DNA of 63,323 nucleotides, counting the filler, from Desulfonatronovibrionaceae bacterium (GTDB lineage: Bacteria > Desulfobacterota > Desulfovibrionia > Desulfovibrionales > Desulfonatronovibrionaceae), in NCBI GenBank assembly GCA_046539845.1. It is 3 parts of 2 records of this genome, joined end to end, with 100 filler letters (N's around TTAATTAATTAA, not from the genome) between each part and the next. Parts side by side here need not be neighbours in the genome. Positions count along the whole stretch, not along the records: positions 1 to 12,936 come from JBKHGE010000005.1; positions 13,037 to 32,123 come from JBKHGE010000005.1; 1 more part is not named here. One strand, written 5' to 3'. The notes beneath the pieces were generated by a model that worked only from the letters and a program-made list of their open reading frames with translations, was not told the origin of the DNA and ran no database searches. The translations under genes and the position numbers were made by a program. Positions 8,812-18,819 of the stretch are shown piece after piece. Numbering within the stretch: position 1 is the stretch's first letter; each line of letters begins with the position of its first letter.

Positions 8812-9603
8812 ATGGACCAAAACATTGTAAAAAGGCTTATAACCACCCTGGAAAACGTGGCCCGCGGGATATATTCCAGCGATGTCCTGGAATTCACCAA
8901 ACCGGTCTATGCCCCGAGCGTACGGCGCATTGCTGAGGCCATGGGCATGATGATGGTCCGGGTGGAGGCCAGGGAAATGCGGCTGGAGGAACTGGTTAGC
9001 GACCTGCGCCGGTCGAACAACAGACTGCGGGAGAATATCCTGGATACGGTGTCCACGATAGCCAATGCCCTGGAGGCAAGGGATGACTACACACGCGGCC
9101 ATTCCCAGCGCGTCTCTCAGTACTGCCGCAGACTGGCTTTGAGGCTGGAACTTCCAGCCGAGGATGTGACCAACATCAAGCTCGGGGGTATGCTCCACGA
9201 CATAGGCAAGATAGGATTCAGCGACTGCATGTTTTCCGGCGATGGGCAGGAATCGGAGGAAAAAATGCAGGAAGAGATCGTACAGCACCCGCTTATTGGG
9301 GAAAAAATACTTAAGGACCTGCACTTTCTGGGTCCGGTTTTAAAATATGTGCGCTATCATCACGAGCGGGTGGACGGACAAGGGTACCCCTACGGCCTGC
9401 GTGGATCACAGATCCCTTTAGGGGCCAGGATAATCAGTGTGACGGACTGTTTTGACGCAGTGACCACAACCAGGCCGTATCAGAAAAAACGCTCCCCGGC
9501 CGAGGCATTCCGGATTCTGCGCGAAACAGCCGGATACGCCCTGGACAAGGAACTGGTCCGGGAATTCATCACCGAGGTACAGGAAAACGGGATGGAAGAC
9601 TGA
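8812..9603 (+). CDS. HD-GYP phosphodiesterase with N-terminal HAMP-like/coiled-coil segment
   Basis: YTRGHSQRV, LHDIGK, HHERVDGQGYP and DCFDA..RPY motifs. Confidence 0.9.
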   Translation: MDQNIVKRLITTLENVARGIYSSDVLEFTKPVYAPSVRRIAEAMGMMMVRVEAREMRLEELVSDLRRSNNRLRENILDTVSTIANALEARDDYTRGHSQRVSQYCRRLALRLELPAEDVTNIKLGGMLHDIGKIGFSDCMFSGDGQESEEKMQEEIVQHPLIGEKILKDLHFLGPVLKYVRYHHERVDGQGYPYGLRGSQIPLGARIISVTDCFDAVTTTRPYQKKRSPAEAFRILRETAGYALDKELVREFITEVQENGMED

Positions 9604-9757
9604 AATCAGGCGACCAACTAGCCGCTAAAACAGGCTAAAATAGTCAGGGACAATGCACTTGGTCTCTGGATAATAAAATATATAATTACAAGCATCCGCT
9701 GAATAGCAAAAACAGATGAGAAATATCAAAACCCTAGCAACTCATTTTATTAAAAAA

Positions 9758-9775
9758 TTTTTCAACAGTCAGTCA
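9758..9775 (-). repeat. Dispersed repeat end motif TGACTGACTGTTGAAAAA
   Basis: Same motif at 47523, 49657 and 56398; each copy lies just downstream of a stop codon. Confidence 0.5.
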
Positions 9776-9777
9776 TT

Positions 9778-10707
9778 TCATTTCCGACTTTCAGGCACCT
9801 TTACATACCTTCGAGTAAACAGAAGTGATTCCACCGTGTAAATGACAATCCCGGTCCAGATACAAATAAAGGTTATCATATGAGCGGAAGTGAACGGCTC
9901 GCCAAAGGCAAATACCCCAAGCAGAAACATACAGGTCGGGGCCAGATATTGCAAAATACCCACTTCCACCAGCCGGAGGCGCCGGGCGCAGAAGGCGAAC
10001 AATAGCAAAGGGACGGCGGTAACCGCTCCGGCTCCGGCCAGGAGGAAATCAATATGTCCGTCCCCGGCCCCGAACGCCCCCTGCCCGGATATATGCAACC
10101 AGACAAGAAAGCTTAACGCCGGAACGCTCATGAACATGGCTTCCACGCACAGACCGGGCAGGGATTCCACCCGGACCAGCTTGCGGATAAGGCCGTACAG
10201 CCCGAAAGAAAAAGCCAGAGTCAGGGCTATCCAGGGAAAGCGGCCGTAGCTAAACACCAAATTGAGGACCCCGACTGCAGCCAATAAAATGGCCGCCACC
10301 TGAAAGCGCCTTAGACGGTCCCGGAAAAAGACAAACCCCAAAAGCACATTGACCAAGGGATTTATATAATACCCCATGCTCGCATCCAGAACAAACCCGG
10401 CGTTAACTCCCCAGATATAGGTCAGCCAGTTCACGGCCAAAAGACAGCTGGTGCCCAGGAAGAAAAGAATATTCTGGCCCCGGCGCAGGGCTTGAAACAC
10501 CTCGCCCCAGCGCCCCCACACCGTTAGCACCACCCCAGCGAAAACAAAGGACCAAAACATACGGTGACACAAAATCTCTACCGCGGATACGCCTTGAAGA
10601 GTCTTCCAGTAACAGGGCAGAATCCCCCAAACGAGAAAGGCGCCGCCCCCAGCGAAAAGCCCGGGCAGACTCAAGCCGGAGCGGTTTTTGGATATCTCTT
10701 TTTTCAT
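9778..10707 (-). CDS. rarD: RarD family EamA transporter
   Basis: EILCHR, ASMGYYINPL, YGLIRK and GILQYLAPT motifs. Start placed at MKKEIS. Confidence 0.85.
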   Translation of the reverse strand: MKKEISKNRSGLSLPGLFAGGGAFLVWGILPCYWKTLQGVSAVEILCHRMFWSFVFAGVVLTVWGRWGEVFQALRRGQNILFFLGTSCLLAVNWLTYIWGVNAGFVLDASMGYYINPLVNVLLGFVFFRDRLRRFQVAAILLAAVGVLNLVFSYGRFPWIALTLAFSFGLYGLIRKLVRVESLPGLCVEAMFMSVPALSFLVWLHISGQGAFGAGDGHIDFLLAGAGAVTAVPLLLFAFCARRLRLVEVGILQYLAPTCMFLLGVFAFGEPFTSAHMITFICIWTGIVIYTVESLLFTRRYVKVPESRK

Positions 10708-10714
10708 CTTCACT

Positions 10715-10748
10715 AAAAAGCCGGGCCTAAAAAACAATCCAGGCCCGA
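10715..10748 (-). terminator. Intrinsic terminator-like hairpin
   Basis: On the minus strand CGGGCCTG...TAGGCCCG is followed by GCTTTTT. Confidence 0.5.
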
Positions 10749-10783
10749 GTCATTGTGTAAAATTTCAACAAACGGTTAAGGAT

Positions 10784-11341
10784 TTAACCCTCCGGATCCT
10801 GAATCTCCATGCCCTGAACCTGCAAGTACTCCCGCACCCTTTCCAATACACCGACAAACAGCTTGGTCCCCGCATGCACACAGAAAACATCCTCTCTGTC
10901 CCCGCACAGCCGAGCAAACTCCGGACCGATTACCGCAGCCGGGCTGCGGGTTTCTTGGGCCTGCTCCAGGCAACTGACATAAGAGGAGAGCCTCTCTTTG
11001 ATTATCCGGAAGTAGTCAATATCCTCGCCGATCAAAAGCCCGGTGCTCTGGGAGAGATTGGAGCACAGATCCCGCACCGCCTCCCAGTAGGCAAAAGACA
11101 AAAACTCCCTGGCCTCTTTGTCCCGAAGATAATAGGCAAAGGACCAGCCCACACTTATGAACTTCAGTATCTGCAGCTCATACTCTACCGTATCCGGATC
11201 CGCTACGGCCTCCTCCGGGATGCCGGCGGCAATAAGCTTTATGTCCTCCCGTTCCAGGGAGTAATTAAAAAGGTCCTCGCCCACCCGGGCAAGGATATCC
11301 TCACGGGTCTCCTTTTGCTTGGCGCTCATAAGCCCATCCAC
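10784..11341 (-). CDS. Hypothetical protein
   Basis: 185-aa ORF co-oriented with fxsA and MATE genes; AGAGG-type RBS. Confidence 0.7.
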   Translation of the reverse strand: MDGLMSAKQKETREDILARVGEDLFNYSLEREDIKLIAAGIPEEAVADPDTVEYELQILKFISVGWSFAYYLRDKEAREFLSFAYWEAVRDLCSNLSQSTGLLIGEDIDYFRIIKERLSSYVSCLEQAQETRSPAAVIGPEFARLCGDREDVFCVHAGTKLFVGVLERVREYLQVQGMEIQDPEG

Positions 11342-11386
11342 CTCTAAATCCTGAATTACACGGTCCCCCCGGGCCGAGGCCCGGGA

Positions 11387-11779
11387 TCAGAAGCGACGAT
11401 AATAGACATCCTTATTCTGAATCCACAGCTCTATTTTCTGCCGGGTGAACCTGCGGATCACCCGGCGCGTGGGCTTAAAAAGGACTAAGAGCCCGAATGC
11501 ATCGGTCACAAAGCCCGGGGTGAGCAAAACCAGCCCAGCCACCAGGATAAGCAGGGCGTCCAGGATATCATCCCCGGGCATTATCCCTTGCTCCATATTG
11601 GCCCGCACCCGGAGCATGGCCTGGGCCCCTTCGGACCTGGCCAGCCAAGCCCCGGCCACAGCGGTCAAAACAACCAAAGCAATCGTATACCCCGCCCCAA
11701 GCACGGAGCCGACCTTTATCAACACATACAATTCCGCAAGCGGAACCAGAAGAAAAAGCAAAAGCAATCTACCAAACAT
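11387..11779 (-). CDS. fxsA: FxsA family membrane protein
   Basis: VPLAELYVLIKVG and LLTPGFVTD motifs. Confidence 0.9.
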   Translation of the reverse strand: MFGRLLLLFLLVPLAELYVLIKVGSVLGAGYTIALVVLTAVAGAWLARSEGAQAMLRVRANMEQGIMPGDDILDALLILVAGLVLLTPGFVTDAFGLLVLFKPTRRVIRRFTRQKIELWIQNKDVYYRRF

Positions 11780-11782
11780 AGT

Positions 11783-12936
11783 TCAAACTCTCGATTTTTT
11801 ACGCATTGCAAACCTGGACCAGTTCTGGAACTGGTACACATAGATCATGGCTCCGGCCTGGATGACCATGGATATAAACATGGCCATCCAAATCCCGTCC
11901 GCCTCCCGTATGATCAGATGGCCCAAAACAAAGGCCAGGGGGATACGTACCAGCCAGGCCGAGCCGCCCATAACCAGCATCTGATACAAAGTGGCCCCAG
12001 CCCCGGTCAAAGCCCCGCCCAGGATCATGGCCGGGAGTAGGAAGGGAATGGCTGCCATATTGTATCTCAAATAATCTATGGTCTCCAGACGGACTTCCGG
12101 GTCTGGGGCGATGAACCCGGCGATGGGATCGATCACCAGCCACAAGAGCAAAGTCACCAATCCCACGCAGACAAGACCAAAGGACATGATCTGATATCCA
12201 GCCTTGCGCGCTCCGGCCGCATCCCCCTCTCCCAGCTTGTGCCCGACTATTATGGAGGCGGTAAAACTAAAGGCCGCCCCGGGCAAAAAGAGCAAGGACT
12301 CCACTCGCAGACCAGCAGTCATCCCGGCCAGGGCGATAACGCTTCCTACCGGCAGGGAAGCGGTCAAAGCAAAGAGTACCAGATAAGCTGAATGCCAGAC
12401 CAGCTGACTCAAACCGGCTGGCCAGGAAACGCGAAAGAGATACGGCCAGGCCCGTTTTATCCACCTCAAAGGCGGCAAGCTGTTTTTGTCCAGAAACCCG
12501 GTCCGACGCAGGGCCCATAGATCAAAGACCATGCCGCAGGCCACGGAAACAAAGGTACTCCAGGCCAGGCCCTTGTATCCCAGCCGGGGTAGACCGAACC
12601 AGCCCAAACCCAATCCGAAATCCCCGAGTGTGTTCAGGGTCATGACTATGAGCATGGCGAATAAGGGACACATCACCCTTTTCTGGGCCCGGAAAAAGGC
12701 ATTGCACAGGATAAATATATAATAGGCCGGGACTATATAAATAAAGACTTCAAACAGATATATGGCCACCGGCAAAATGTCTTCCGGGATCTGCAAAAGG
12801 CGCAGGAAATATTCCCCGAGGAAAAAACCGGCCGTGAGAAAGACGATCCCGAAAACGATGCCTGCTTCCAGGGCCATCCCCGTGTACCGCTTGGCCCGCT
12901 GCACCAGACCAGCACCCAGGGACTGGCTTATGGCGG
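11783..12936 (-). CDS. MATE family efflux transporter (5'-truncated by assembly gap)
   Basis: Multi-TM protein with LGYKGLAWST, IVGHKLG and GIWMAM; the ORF runs into the N gap. Confidence 0.85.
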
Positions 12937-13036
12937 NNNNNNNNNNNNNNNNNNNNNNNNNNNNNNNNNNNNNNNNNNNNTTAATTAATTAANNNNNNNN
13001 NNNNNNNNNNNNNNNNNNNNNNNNNNNNNNNNNNNN
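12937..13036. other. Artificial contig linker / assembly gap
   Basis: 44 N + TTAATTAATTAA (stops in six frames) + 44 N. Confidence 0.95.
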
Positions 13037-13242
13037 ATTTCCTTTTTGATTTCTTCATCTATGTCCTCAGCAAACCGATATTTGTCCTCCAGGACGTGCA
13101 CAAGCTCCAAAACACCTTGTTTCTGTTCCCGGGTCTCATCCTTCTTGCCGAAGGCCAGCCAACTCAGGCCGGGCCATCTCTTCCGCACCTCGTTTTGGTC
13201 GTAGGTGTAGGCCATAACCCTTATCTGCAAAACCCTTCCCAT
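13037..13242 (-). CDS. Hypothetical protein (3'-truncated by gap)
   Basis: Starts 3 nt after the biotin-attachment gene stop and runs into Ns. Confidence 0.7.
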
Positions 13243-13245
13243 ACC

Positions 13246-13896
13246 TTACCCCCTTTCTTCCCATTCCGCCTGGACCCGATTGACCACATCCTGTATCTCA
13301 GCCAATTGTTCCTCCGGGCAGACCCCGATTAAGGGCTGACCGGCATCAATCACCTCGTCCGGAGTGAAGTACACAGTATAAATCAGGCCGGGCTGACCCT
13401 GATAAGGGATTATGGTCTCCCTCTTCATTCGGGACAAAATAAACAATTCATCGTTGTCGCGCACCTTTACCGACTGATGCCCCTTGGCCTTGATCTTGCT
13501 GTCCACTGCAGGGACAAAATAATATTTACCCTTTTCCGGGGCGTTGAACAGATGCAGGGCCTTTTTGAGTATAATATCCAAAACTTCCTGGCGGGTCAGG
13601 AAATGGCGTATCTTGAGTAGCGGGGTTCCAGCCTGCACAAAGTCCCCGCTTTTGACCGCACAGAATTCGATAATCTCCCCCTTGTCCGGGGCATATACGG
13701 GCTTTTCCAGATTTTCCCGCCGCAGTTTGGCCAGCAGTGTCCCCGGGGTGTTTTTCCACTTCCCATGCCACCCCAAGACCCGAACCCCGGTCTCCCGGAC
13801 AACAAAATCCACATATCCGGTATGCATGGCCTTAACCACTATCTCTATATACGGTTCCCTGTGTATCTCGTCCAAAAGTCCTTTGACGTCTAACAA
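13246..13896 (-). CDS. Biotin/lipoyl-attachment domain protein (atypical BCCP)
   Basis: VYAPDKGEI..SGDFVQAGTPL and RMKRE..EVIDAGQPL barrel-sandwich halves. TTG start after GGAG. Part of the ACC cluster. Confidence 0.75.
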   Translation of the reverse strand: MLDVKGLLDEIHREPYIEIVVKAMHTGYVDFVVRETGVRVLGWHGKWKNTPGTLLAKLRRENLEKPVYAPDKGEIIEFCAVKSGDFVQAGTPLLKIRHFLTRQEVLDIILKKALHLFNAPEKGKYYFVPAVDSKIKAKGHQSVKVRDNDELFILSRMKRETIIPYQGQPGLIYTVYFTPDEVIDAGQPLIGVCPEEQLAEIQDVVNRVQAEWEERG

Positions 13897-13960
13897 GGCA
13901 TTCTCCTGTATGAAAACATCTCGTTCTTTAGCGGTAATCCACCCGGCGGGATTACCACGG

Positions 13961-16198
13961 CTAACGATAGTATATGTTCTTTCCACCCATAGTCAGCAAG
14001 GCCTGGTACAAATTGGTGCGTATTTCCCGGCGGTCCCAGATCCCCTGGATGTGCCCGCGGGACAAAGCGCTGTAAGCCCGGTGATAATCCGGGGGGATCT
14101 CCATGCCAGTGGTCTCCTGGATCACTCCCGGACCGGCGAACCCGATATTGGAAGAACGGACCGCGAACTGATACGGAGAGCACCCCAGAAAACTGGCCAC
14201 CGGCCCGGCGTAGGAGTTGGTATCGTAAAGGACCAGATACAGCCCCCCGGTCTCCAGGTACCTACGCACAGCCATGGTGCAGCGCGGCATCTGGATCACC
14301 CCGTTGGTCCCTTCCTGGATGCGAATTCCGGCCGTGCCGTGGACATAAAAGAAAAAAGGTAGATGCCTCTTTCTGGCCCTTTCCGCAGCCAGAATAATCT
14401 TCTCCCCTTCGGCCGCTCCCACACTCCCGCCGCGAAAACGACCCATGAGCATGGCCACAACCATCTGTATGCCCTTGACCGAGGCATCAAAGGTCATACA
14501 CGCACTTTTGTGCCCCACGCTCTTTCTGGCCTGTTCCAGTTTGAGGTCAAAGCCCTCGAAGTCGAGCGGATTGGAGGAGGCTATATGCGGATTGAATTCC
14601 CGAATGGAACGGCGGTCAAATACATTGTACAGGTACCACTCATATTCCATGGGGAAATGGTGCCCGCAGTAGCTGCACACCCCGGCAAAATCCCCGAACA
14701 GATCCGGAGCCCACTGATCCAGGCAATTCTGCTCCTCGGAATTGGGGCAGCTGACCGCCTGATCACGCTTGGACTGGGGGCTGGTGTATACCCAGGTCTC
14801 CTTGCCGGCAGCTCCGGGATCCCAGGAAGAAAGGGAAGTCAACTCGCTTGCTTCCTCACTCTTTTTCTTAAGCCGCAATCCGCGGACAAAAGACATGGAT
14901 CTCCTGGCCATGCGGCCGAACAAGGCATGCACTTCGCCATGCACTTCCTCGGCAAATTCAGCAATCTTGCGCTGATGGCGCTTTAAGAAATCATAGCGGA
15001 TAAACCCGTAAACAGTCCAGGCGCTGTCCTCCGCGAAACCGATCACCTTCTGCCACCAGGGAGTGAGGTCATTGTAGGCATGGCGGCTCATGGCCCGGTA
15101 CCTCTGATAACGCTGCCAGACCAGACGGTCCTTGGCCTTGGCGCTCAGGGTCCAGCGGACAAAGATGTCCGGATCCTTAAGTTTGCGCAAGGCCAGGGAA
15201 CGGACCAGCCTCACCCCCCTGACCCGGAGGACCACATCGTCTGTGGCCCGGATCAGCTCCTGGCGCAGATTGCGGAAAAAATCAAAGTGCTCTGGTCTGG
15301 CCCCCAAAACCGGCTCCCGTAGCACTTTATCCACATATCCCATGACCCGATTGTCATCTGCGGTTATTTTCAGCTGCCGGGCGCATTTCTCCACCAGGGA
15401 CGGATCCGCCCTCTTCCCTGATTTGAGCCTGCCTTCGATCGCGGCCGCACCCTCCGGAGAAATAACCGAATAATACCCGTGGGAGAGCATTATCCTGCGG
15501 TCGGCCAGACCGATGGCCTCGGCCCCTCCGGACCCGCCCTCGGAAAAGACCGAAATTATAGGCACTCGCAGTCCAGCCATTTCGTACAGATTCTTGGCTA
15601 TCTGCTGAGCAGCCCCGGGATAATCCTCTATTGGATATGAACCCGGAGTGAACACAAACGAATGCACCGGGATATTCTCCAGGGCAGCGACCTGCATATA
15701 GCGCAGGGCCTTGGAGTTTCCCCACGGCTTAACCGATCCCCCGTTGCGGAACTCCTCGCCATGTCCCTTTTCCTGCCCTACAACCATTACCGGTTGCTTG
15801 AGGATCTTTTTTCCCACCCGACGGGTTATATACGCCCGGGCAATGATCATGGACGGATCTATACTGCATTCCTCGCGGCCGCCTATCTCGGTATAATTGT
15901 CGTAGACATGCTCCAGGATATCCTTGAGACACACCCGCTGTGGATGGCGGACAATGCGCACCTTGTCCATGGGTGTGAGCTGGCGTTCTAGCTTGTTCTC
16001 CAGAAAGGAAAACACCTCCTCCAGGGCCAGAATCTGCCTGCGGCGCTCCTTGCCGGACATCTCCCTATAGCGGCCCAAAAAATCGCTCAATTTGGACTTG
16101 AGCAGATATATATTCTTGTTTTCCCTATGGCCGAATATGTCCTCTATGTAACGCAGGCGCTCCTGCATTTCCTGTATTTCTTTTTCTACATCCACCAT
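13961..16198 (-). CDS. Acetyl-CoA carboxylase carboxyltransferase alpha/beta fusion
   Basis: N-half AccA-like (VRHPQR, GQEKG, SEGGSGGA, YSVISPEG); C-half AccD-like (Cys cluster, GGSVGAAEGEK, GIRIQEG, IGFAGPGVI). Confidence 0.9.
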   Translation of the reverse strand: MVDVEKEIQEMQERLRYIEDIFGHRENKNIYLLKSKLSDFLGRYREMSGKERRRQILALEEVFSFLENKLERQLTPMDKVRIVRHPQRVCLKDILEHVYDNYTEIGGREECSIDPSMIIARAYITRRVGKKILKQPVMVVGQEKGHGEEFRNGGSVKPWGNSKALRYMQVAALENIPVHSFVFTPGSYPIEDYPGAAQQIAKNLYEMAGLRVPIISVFSEGGSGGAEAIGLADRRIMLSHGYYSVISPEGAAAIEGRLKSGKRADPSLVEKCARQLKITADDNRVMGYVDKVLREPVLGARPEHFDFFRNLRQELIRATDDVVLRVRGVRLVRSLALRKLKDPDIFVRWTLSAKAKDRLVWQRYQRYRAMSRHAYNDLTPWWQKVIGFAEDSAWTVYGFIRYDFLKRHQRKIAEFAEEVHGEVHALFGRMARRSMSFVRGLRLKKKSEEASELTSLSSWDPGAAGKETWVYTSPQSKRDQAVSCPNSEEQNCLDQWAPDLFGDFAGVCSYCGHHFPMEYEWYLYNVFDRRSIREFNPHIASSNPLDFEGFDLKLEQARKSVGHKSACMTFDASVKGIQMVVAMLMGRFRGGSVGAAEGEKIILAAERARKRHLPFFFYVHGTAGIRIQEGTNGVIQMPRCTMAVRRYLETGGLYLVLYDTNSYAGPVASFLGCSPYQFAVRSSNIGFAGPGVIQETTGMEIPPDYHRAYSALSRGHIQGIWDRREIRTNLYQALLTMGGKNIYYR

Positions 16199-16272
16199 GT
16201 CACCATGAGTCGGTTTCTTGTGTATCCAAAAATCCACCGCCCGGTATCTGCCTGCAAGAAATCCCTTAAAGA

Positions 16273-17685
16273 TTAAAACTCAAGCAGATTGGCCGTCTTG
16301 GACTTCAAAAAGCCTATATTGGATCTGAGCGGCCGGCCGCTTACGTCCCGGCCTTCCAATACGAGATTGTCTAAAAAGGAATATCCCCGGCTGCGGGCCT
16401 CGTCCAGGTCCCGGCCCCAGACAATGGCCAAAGCCAGATTGGGATCGAACTCGGTGGGGATCTCATACGTCCGATCCGAGGGTACCTGAGTATACAGCTT
16501 GAGCCAAGGCTCATCCTTCCAGGAAAAGCGCTCTATCTTTCCCACCCAGGGTGCGAAGCGATCTTCTGGATCTTCGGCTATTATCCTGTACTCAATGCCC
16601 ACACCGCTGAAGCGGACATCCTTCTGGGAATAATCGAGTTTTTGCCCCAGACCCAAGCGGATCTGCTCGCGAATGAGATCCACCTCGTGATCGTTCACCC
16701 GGGAAATGACCGCAGACACCCCGTTTTCCACCTGAATCCGGGTATTGACCTCCATCAAAAAAGGCTGCCCGGTAGGACTGACTATCCATTCCCAGGTCCC
16801 CAGATTGTCATAGCCCGATTCCCGGGCCATACGCCGGGAATAATCTATTATGTCCGTAAGCACCTTGTCCGCCTGAAATGCGTAGTTTAGGCCCTGGGGC
16901 CAGAAGCCGGGGGCCACCTCTATCCTCTTTTGATGGCCAAGGCTTTGCACCGAGCAGTTCCTGGTCCCGAAGTGGACAAGACTGCCGTGACGGTCGGCAA
17001 CTATCTGCACTTCCAGGTGATTGAAATCGAATATCCTCTGTTCAATGAGCACACTCTCATCCCGGAATTGCCGCCGGGCATAATTCTTCACCCGACGCAA
17101 AACGGTCCGAAAGCGGTCCAGATCGCTCACTTCTTCGATCCCCATCCCTCCGCCCCCGGCCGAGGCTTTGACCAGGATCACCGGGTTCTCCACCCCTTGT
17201 TCCTTTTGGAAATTATACAGGGAATGGGCCAGCTGCTCTGCCTCTAGGTCGTCGACAATAGGCCGGTCCGACCCGGGAACAGTGGGCACGTTCAGGCTCC
17301 TGGCCAGCCTCTTGGTATTTATCTTGTCCCCGAGGTCCCGGATAAGCTTCCAGGAGGGACCGATAAACAAAAGTTTGCGGGTCCGCTCCTGTACGCGGCG
17401 GGCGAAGCGAAAATCCTCGGCAAAAAAACCATACCCCGGATGGATCGCAGTAGCCCCGGAGGCGTCGGCAACCGAGAAGATCTCGTTTGCGTCCTGATAG
17501 GAACTGATGCGGTACAGGGCATCATCCCCGCCCCAGTGTACGGCCTTGGTGCAATGCTCGGACTCACTGTCCTCAGCCGTATACACACAGACAAAATCCA
17601 CATCCAAAGAGCGGCAGGCCTGCATAATCCGTAGGGCAATCTCGCCCCGGTTGGCTATAAGTACTTTATGTTTCTTTCGGCTCAT
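16273..17685 (-). CDS. accC: Biotin carboxylase
   Basis: VLIANRGEIA, IHPGYGF, KASAGGGGMG and MEVNTRIQVE motifs. Confidence 0.9.
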   Translation of the reverse strand: MSRKKHKVLIANRGEIALRIMQACRSLDVDFVCVYTAEDSESEHCTKAVHWGGDDALYRISSYQDANEIFSVADASGATAIHPGYGFFAEDFRFARRVQERTRKLLFIGPSWKLIRDLGDKINTKRLARSLNVPTVPGSDRPIVDDLEAEQLAHSLYNFQKEQGVENPVILVKASAGGGGMGIEEVSDLDRFRTVLRRVKNYARRQFRDESVLIEQRIFDFNHLEVQIVADRHGSLVHFGTRNCSVQSLGHQKRIEVAPGFWPQGLNYAFQADKVLTDIIDYSRRMARESGYDNLGTWEWIVSPTGQPFLMEVNTRIQVENGVSAVISRVNDHEVDLIREQIRLGLGQKLDYSQKDVRFSGVGIEYRIIAEDPEDRFAPWVGKIERFSWKDEPWLKLYTQVPSDRTYEIPTEFDPNLALAIVWGRDLDEARSRGYSFLDNLVLEGRDVSGRPLRSNIGFLKSKTANLLEF

Positions 17686-18076
17686 CCTCTTGCTGACTCA
17701 TTTTTTTCTTCAGTTCAATCATCTTTTTCTGGGACTCAAGCACGATTTTGTCCAGCCTGATCTCCTGACGCAGGGTGAGCCCGGTAAATTCCAGGGCCAT
17801 CCCGTTGTCCATGAAGCGGACAATCAAGGCCTCCAACCCCTGCATAAGCAGTCTTTCCTTCAAATACAGGGCCACCACCACTGACTGCCCCCTCTCCAGG
17901 CCCTTTTCCATTCCTTCTATGAACAAAGCGATCCCTGTACTGCTTATATCCAAAACCGGAAAACGCCCGGATATCCCCTCTAGCTCGGCGAACAGACCAG
18001 GGATTTTGACCCGGTAAGCCCTCCGGGCATTGTCAAACTCATAATCAATGGAGAAATCATGCAAGAAATCCATCAT
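17666..18076 (-). CDS. PilZ domain protein
   Basis: RRAYR and DISSTG c-di-GMP-binding motifs. Confidence 0.85.
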   Translation of the reverse strand: MMDFLHDFSIDYEFDNARRAYRVKIPGLFAELEGISGRFPVLDISSTGIALFIEGMEKGLERGQSVVVALYLKERLLMQGLEALIVRFMDNGMALEFTGLTLRQEIRLDKIVLESQKKMIELKKKMSQQEDEPKET

Positions 18077-18819
18077 TCCCCCCCGATCATCTTTTCCAGG
18101 ACGATTTCCACCCGGCGGTTGCGGGCCCTGTTCTCTTCCGTATTGTTCGGGACCAAGGGCCTCATATCCGCAAACCCGGTGGCTGTAAGCCTCTCCGGCT
18201 CCAGTCCCCGCTCCAGAAAAAATCGAAGCACATTTATGGCCCTAAGAGAGGATATCTCCCAGTTGTCCTTGAACCTGGAGCCGGAAGCAGGAGGGACATC
18301 GTCAGTATACCCCTGAATATTGATCTGCTGATCGGAGTGGCGAATAAAAAAATCCTCCAGGTCCTGCAACACATTTCTCCCCTCCTCGGTCAGCTCAACT
18401 TCTCCGGAAGCAAACAATACATTACCCGGGATGCGCAGGGAGATCTTTCCGGCGTCAAGATTTGCACCGATAATGCCTTCCGAGCCCTTCTGGGAGAAAT
18501 ACATCTGAAAATCAGAGAAGACTTCCTTCTGGGCCTCGAGCATACGATTACGCTGTGCGGCCTGATCCAGAAGCGCCCCCTGATCCGGGGAGCCGACACG
18601 CATCCCCTTAAACCCTATATTTTCATTGCCCAATGCCCGGCTCACCGACATGATCGTATTCTGGAACTTGCCCTTGCTTACCGAGGACATGGAAAAAAGC
18701 AAAATAAAAAAAACCAAAAGCAATAGACAGATGTCCGCGAAAGTGGTTATCCAGGATGAATCGCCTTCATCTTCATCTATGAATTCTTCGGATACCCTGT
18801 ACTGATCATGTTCGGTCAT
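18073..18819 (-). CDS. motB: Flagellar stator MotB/PomB/MotS (OmpA-like C-terminus)
   Basis: WITTFAD TM motif, GYTD, NWEISSLRA and RNRRVEI. Confidence 0.9.
   Translation of the reverse strand: MTEHDQYRVSEEFIDEDEGDSSWITTFADICLLLLVFFILLFSMSSVSKGKFQNTIMSVSRALGNENIGFKGMRVGSPDQGALLDQAAQRNRMLEAQKEVFSDFQMYFSQKGSEGIIGANLDAGKISLRIPGNVLFASGEVELTEEGRNVLQDLEDFFIRHSDQQINIQGYTDDVPPASGSRFKDNWEISSLRAINVLRFFLERGLEPERLTATGFADMRPLVPNNTEENRARNRRVEIVLEKMIGGE

Noticed and set aside
12937..13036. TTAATTAATTAA palindrome flanked by Ns (also 32124-32223)
   Set aside because: Identical synthetic six-frame-stop linker. It is not biological, and adjacency across it is unproven.
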